A DNA stretch of 63,747 bases, the filler included, from Choristocarpus tenellus KU-1152 (lineage: Eukaryota > Protista > Phaeophyceae): assembly GCA_964200185.2 (NCBI GenBank). It is 7 parts of 7 records of this genome, joined end to end, with 100 filler letters (N's around TTAATTAATTAA, not from the genome) between each part and the next. Parts side by side here need not be neighbours in the genome. Positions count along the whole stretch, not along the records: positions 60,700 to 63,747 come from CAXNAD020022704.1; 6 more parts are not named here. One strand, written 5' to 3'. The stretch's first letter is position 1, and each line of letters begins with the position of its first letter. Of the stretch, positions 61,600-63,747 are shown piece by piece. Under the pieces are notes generated by a model. The model was not told the DNA's origin. It worked only from the letters and a program-made list of their open reading frames with translations, and ran no database searches. The position numbers and the translations under genes were made by a program.

Positions 61600-63400
61600 T
61601 CGGGTGGAAGAGCAAGTCAGGAAGGCTTAGGGTCAGTCGGCACGTTCGACAATGGCAGAGGAAAAGTCCACAACATACACTCCAAGCATTTATCTCTCAG
61701 TGACAGACGATGCAAACCGGTGGAGAGCAGGACCTCCACAGGTGCAGCAGCGAGAACAGTCGAAGGTGTGATACGATTTAAATCGTGACATGGTAGCCTA
61801 CTCAACATTGGGTCAGTGGTCCCAGCACGTGTTCACGAAATTTATCCTAAGGTGGCAATATTTTCAAAGTAAATGCAGTTGGGAGACCTCCGAAATCGAT
61901 ACATCACGGCCACTTTGGGTGGGGAGACATGTGATAGTGTTAGTCGTTCAATTTTCTATAATTGCTCCAGAAGTGTTATACTTCAATGTAACATTTGACA
62001 TCCCTACTGGTTCCCTCCTATTCCTCCGTACTCGACGCTTAAGGTAAATCAATTGGTATCATCAGGGCTCGGCCTCTCGATTGAGAAGAGACTATCTCAG
62101 TACGACGTTCAGGTTTTGGCGGCGGAGACACGGAAGCAGGTGAGGAGTGGACAGGACAAGACCCTTCAACTTAAGCCACATATAGAAACACGGGGCTCGA
62201 AGGGACGGGCTCATCAATCCAAGCACCTCCGACTTCTGCATCTGCGTACCTCTCAATCAAGTTAATTCCTCCCTAGTGCGGTTACCCTGCATGCGCCATT
62301 ATCAAATCTCTCGAAAGGCATGAAGGACTGCCTCCGATTCGTGGCCATATCGACCTCAGATACCCTGTGACAATCCGCACTCACCTTCTAAATCCACACT
62401 CACCCTCAGACTATGTATAGGCAATGGGGGTGTTCCCCCGAATTGGCACCACAACCACTGCTGCTATCGGCATCGTAGTGCCTTCAACGCTCGGCCACAG
62501 TATTACTACTTGTAAAGGCACCGATGACCTTCTAGCTCCTCTAGATACCTACCGACACTGACCCTTGCCTATGTCCATCTGTTTGTGTGTCGAACTTTGG
62601 ATTGATCAATATAACAACTTTTTTCCCCCTCGGGAATCAAAGGCCTGGCTCGGTGTGGAGATAGGTCCCAAGACCAGCTTTGTTGTTTACGTGCTCAGGG
62701 TTTGCAGACTGAGGGATGGGGCCACGTGCGTGTCCAGTCAGAGATACAGAGCTCTTCGAAACTTCTACGCGGATATTGTTGTGAGTATGATTTGCACAGG
62801 AGAAGAACCCTATGGTATACATACCATATTTTGTATGGAAAATACATTGTGTGCACGGGTAGAGAGTTTTCCTTGCGGGTTTGTTGGCTTAACCTGAAAA
62901 TCCCTTGAATGCGTCTGCCGGTTGCACCCCACATGGGACAGGTAGGATTGTGGGGGGCTTTTTATGCTTCTTTCCTGACGCAGAGCATGTTGACCTAACC
63001 CTAACCCTAACCCTTGATTTTTTATCGGGTGTGGATACGGATTGGATGAACAGATGGTTAACCTGGTGTAACTGTAATGGAGAATTTATTTTCGTCCTGA
63101 GCCTTCCAAGGTTGAAAAGGATCAACTTGATCCCCTGATGATTTCTTTAGCGGGTGCGTTGATCAAGGTGCTGGACTGCCTCATTGCCTATGTCCTCCCG
63201 TTCTAGGGACCTGACCCCACCCCCTCCACCTCCTCGTGTGATGGCCTTGGGTCATCCTTTGGTACCTGATCTGACACTGAAGGAGAGAGGACTTGTACGC
63301 ACAGAAGATGCACCTGAGTTTCCCGGCAAACAGGTTGTAACTGAAGAGTCGTTCCTGGGGGAGAGGGCGGACGTAAATAGCGAATTTGTGAGGCAAAGGA
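61600..63400 (-). mobile_element. Decayed DIRS/Ngaro-like (tyrosine-recombinase class) retrotransposon RT-RNase H region
   Basis: Antisense ghosts in order: QVPRTGGHR (~FLVPK.GG.R), KLILFNL, GLGTYLHT..FPRGK, HYDADSSSGCGA, ESEAVLHAF, LMSPSLRA..WLKLKGLVLST. No recombinase seen, so Gypsy is not excluded. Confidence 0.45.
62994..63014 (-). repeat. Short interstitial telomere-type repeat (CCCTAA)~3
   Basis: CCTAACCCTAACCCTAACCCT read directly. Confidence 0.7.
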
Positions 63401-63747
63401 AGGATAAGCTTGCCAGTTTCTTGCGACAGCTCTTCAACAAGCACCCAGGCAGGATTTGTGTCTCTTTTTTTGTCTTTTTTGTTTTTGTACTATTGTTGTT
63501 CTTATCGTTTTCACTTTAGCCTGCGGACTTGGAACTAGCTCAACCTGCGGCTGTGGGTGTACTTACTGACTAGTTCTCAATTTTTACCAGCTCTACCTGT
63601 TGTTGCTCTATGGATGATTGCGCTGCCCCATGTGTTCCTTGCTTTTCACGTGTTGGTTTCGGCCGTCCCGCCTCTTATTGCTTTGCATCATCCCTTGAAT
63701 CTTGTGAACTACATGCCTCAGTCTAGTTCTACATTGAAGCCTTACTG

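Overview
Eukaryotic, intron-rich genomic DNA, most likely from a brown alga or a close stramenopile relative (EsV-1-7 repeat gene, TTAGGG repeats, axonemal dynein). The window is seven contigs joined by artificial 100-bp linkers (N44-TTAATTAATTAA-N44), so adjacency across linkers means nothing. Contig 1 (1-27169) holds a decayed Copia-like element and 34 exons (~2636 aa by my splice model, 3'-truncated) of a DNAH1-like inner-arm dynein heavy chain. Contig 2 (27270-41567) holds three genes: a fusion of an MFS half-transporter (6 TM), a Sec14/CRAL-TRIO domain and a Sec16-C-terminal-like motif; a tandem double TB2/DP1/HVA22 (REEP/Yop1) gene head-to-head with it; and a 12-repeat EsV-1-7 protein gene with an intronic 27/54-bp satellite. 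Contig 5 carries an OPA/SLC37-like MFS gene. The rest is decayed LINE, Copia and DIRS-like sequence, a PIF/Harbinger-type MITE (4 copies) and simple repeats. The best candidate for new biology is the MFS-Sec14-Sec16-motif fusion and its divergent REEP partner. CpG-rich gene 5' ends against CpG-depleted gene bodies are also notable. All family assignments come from reading motifs by eye, without database searches.
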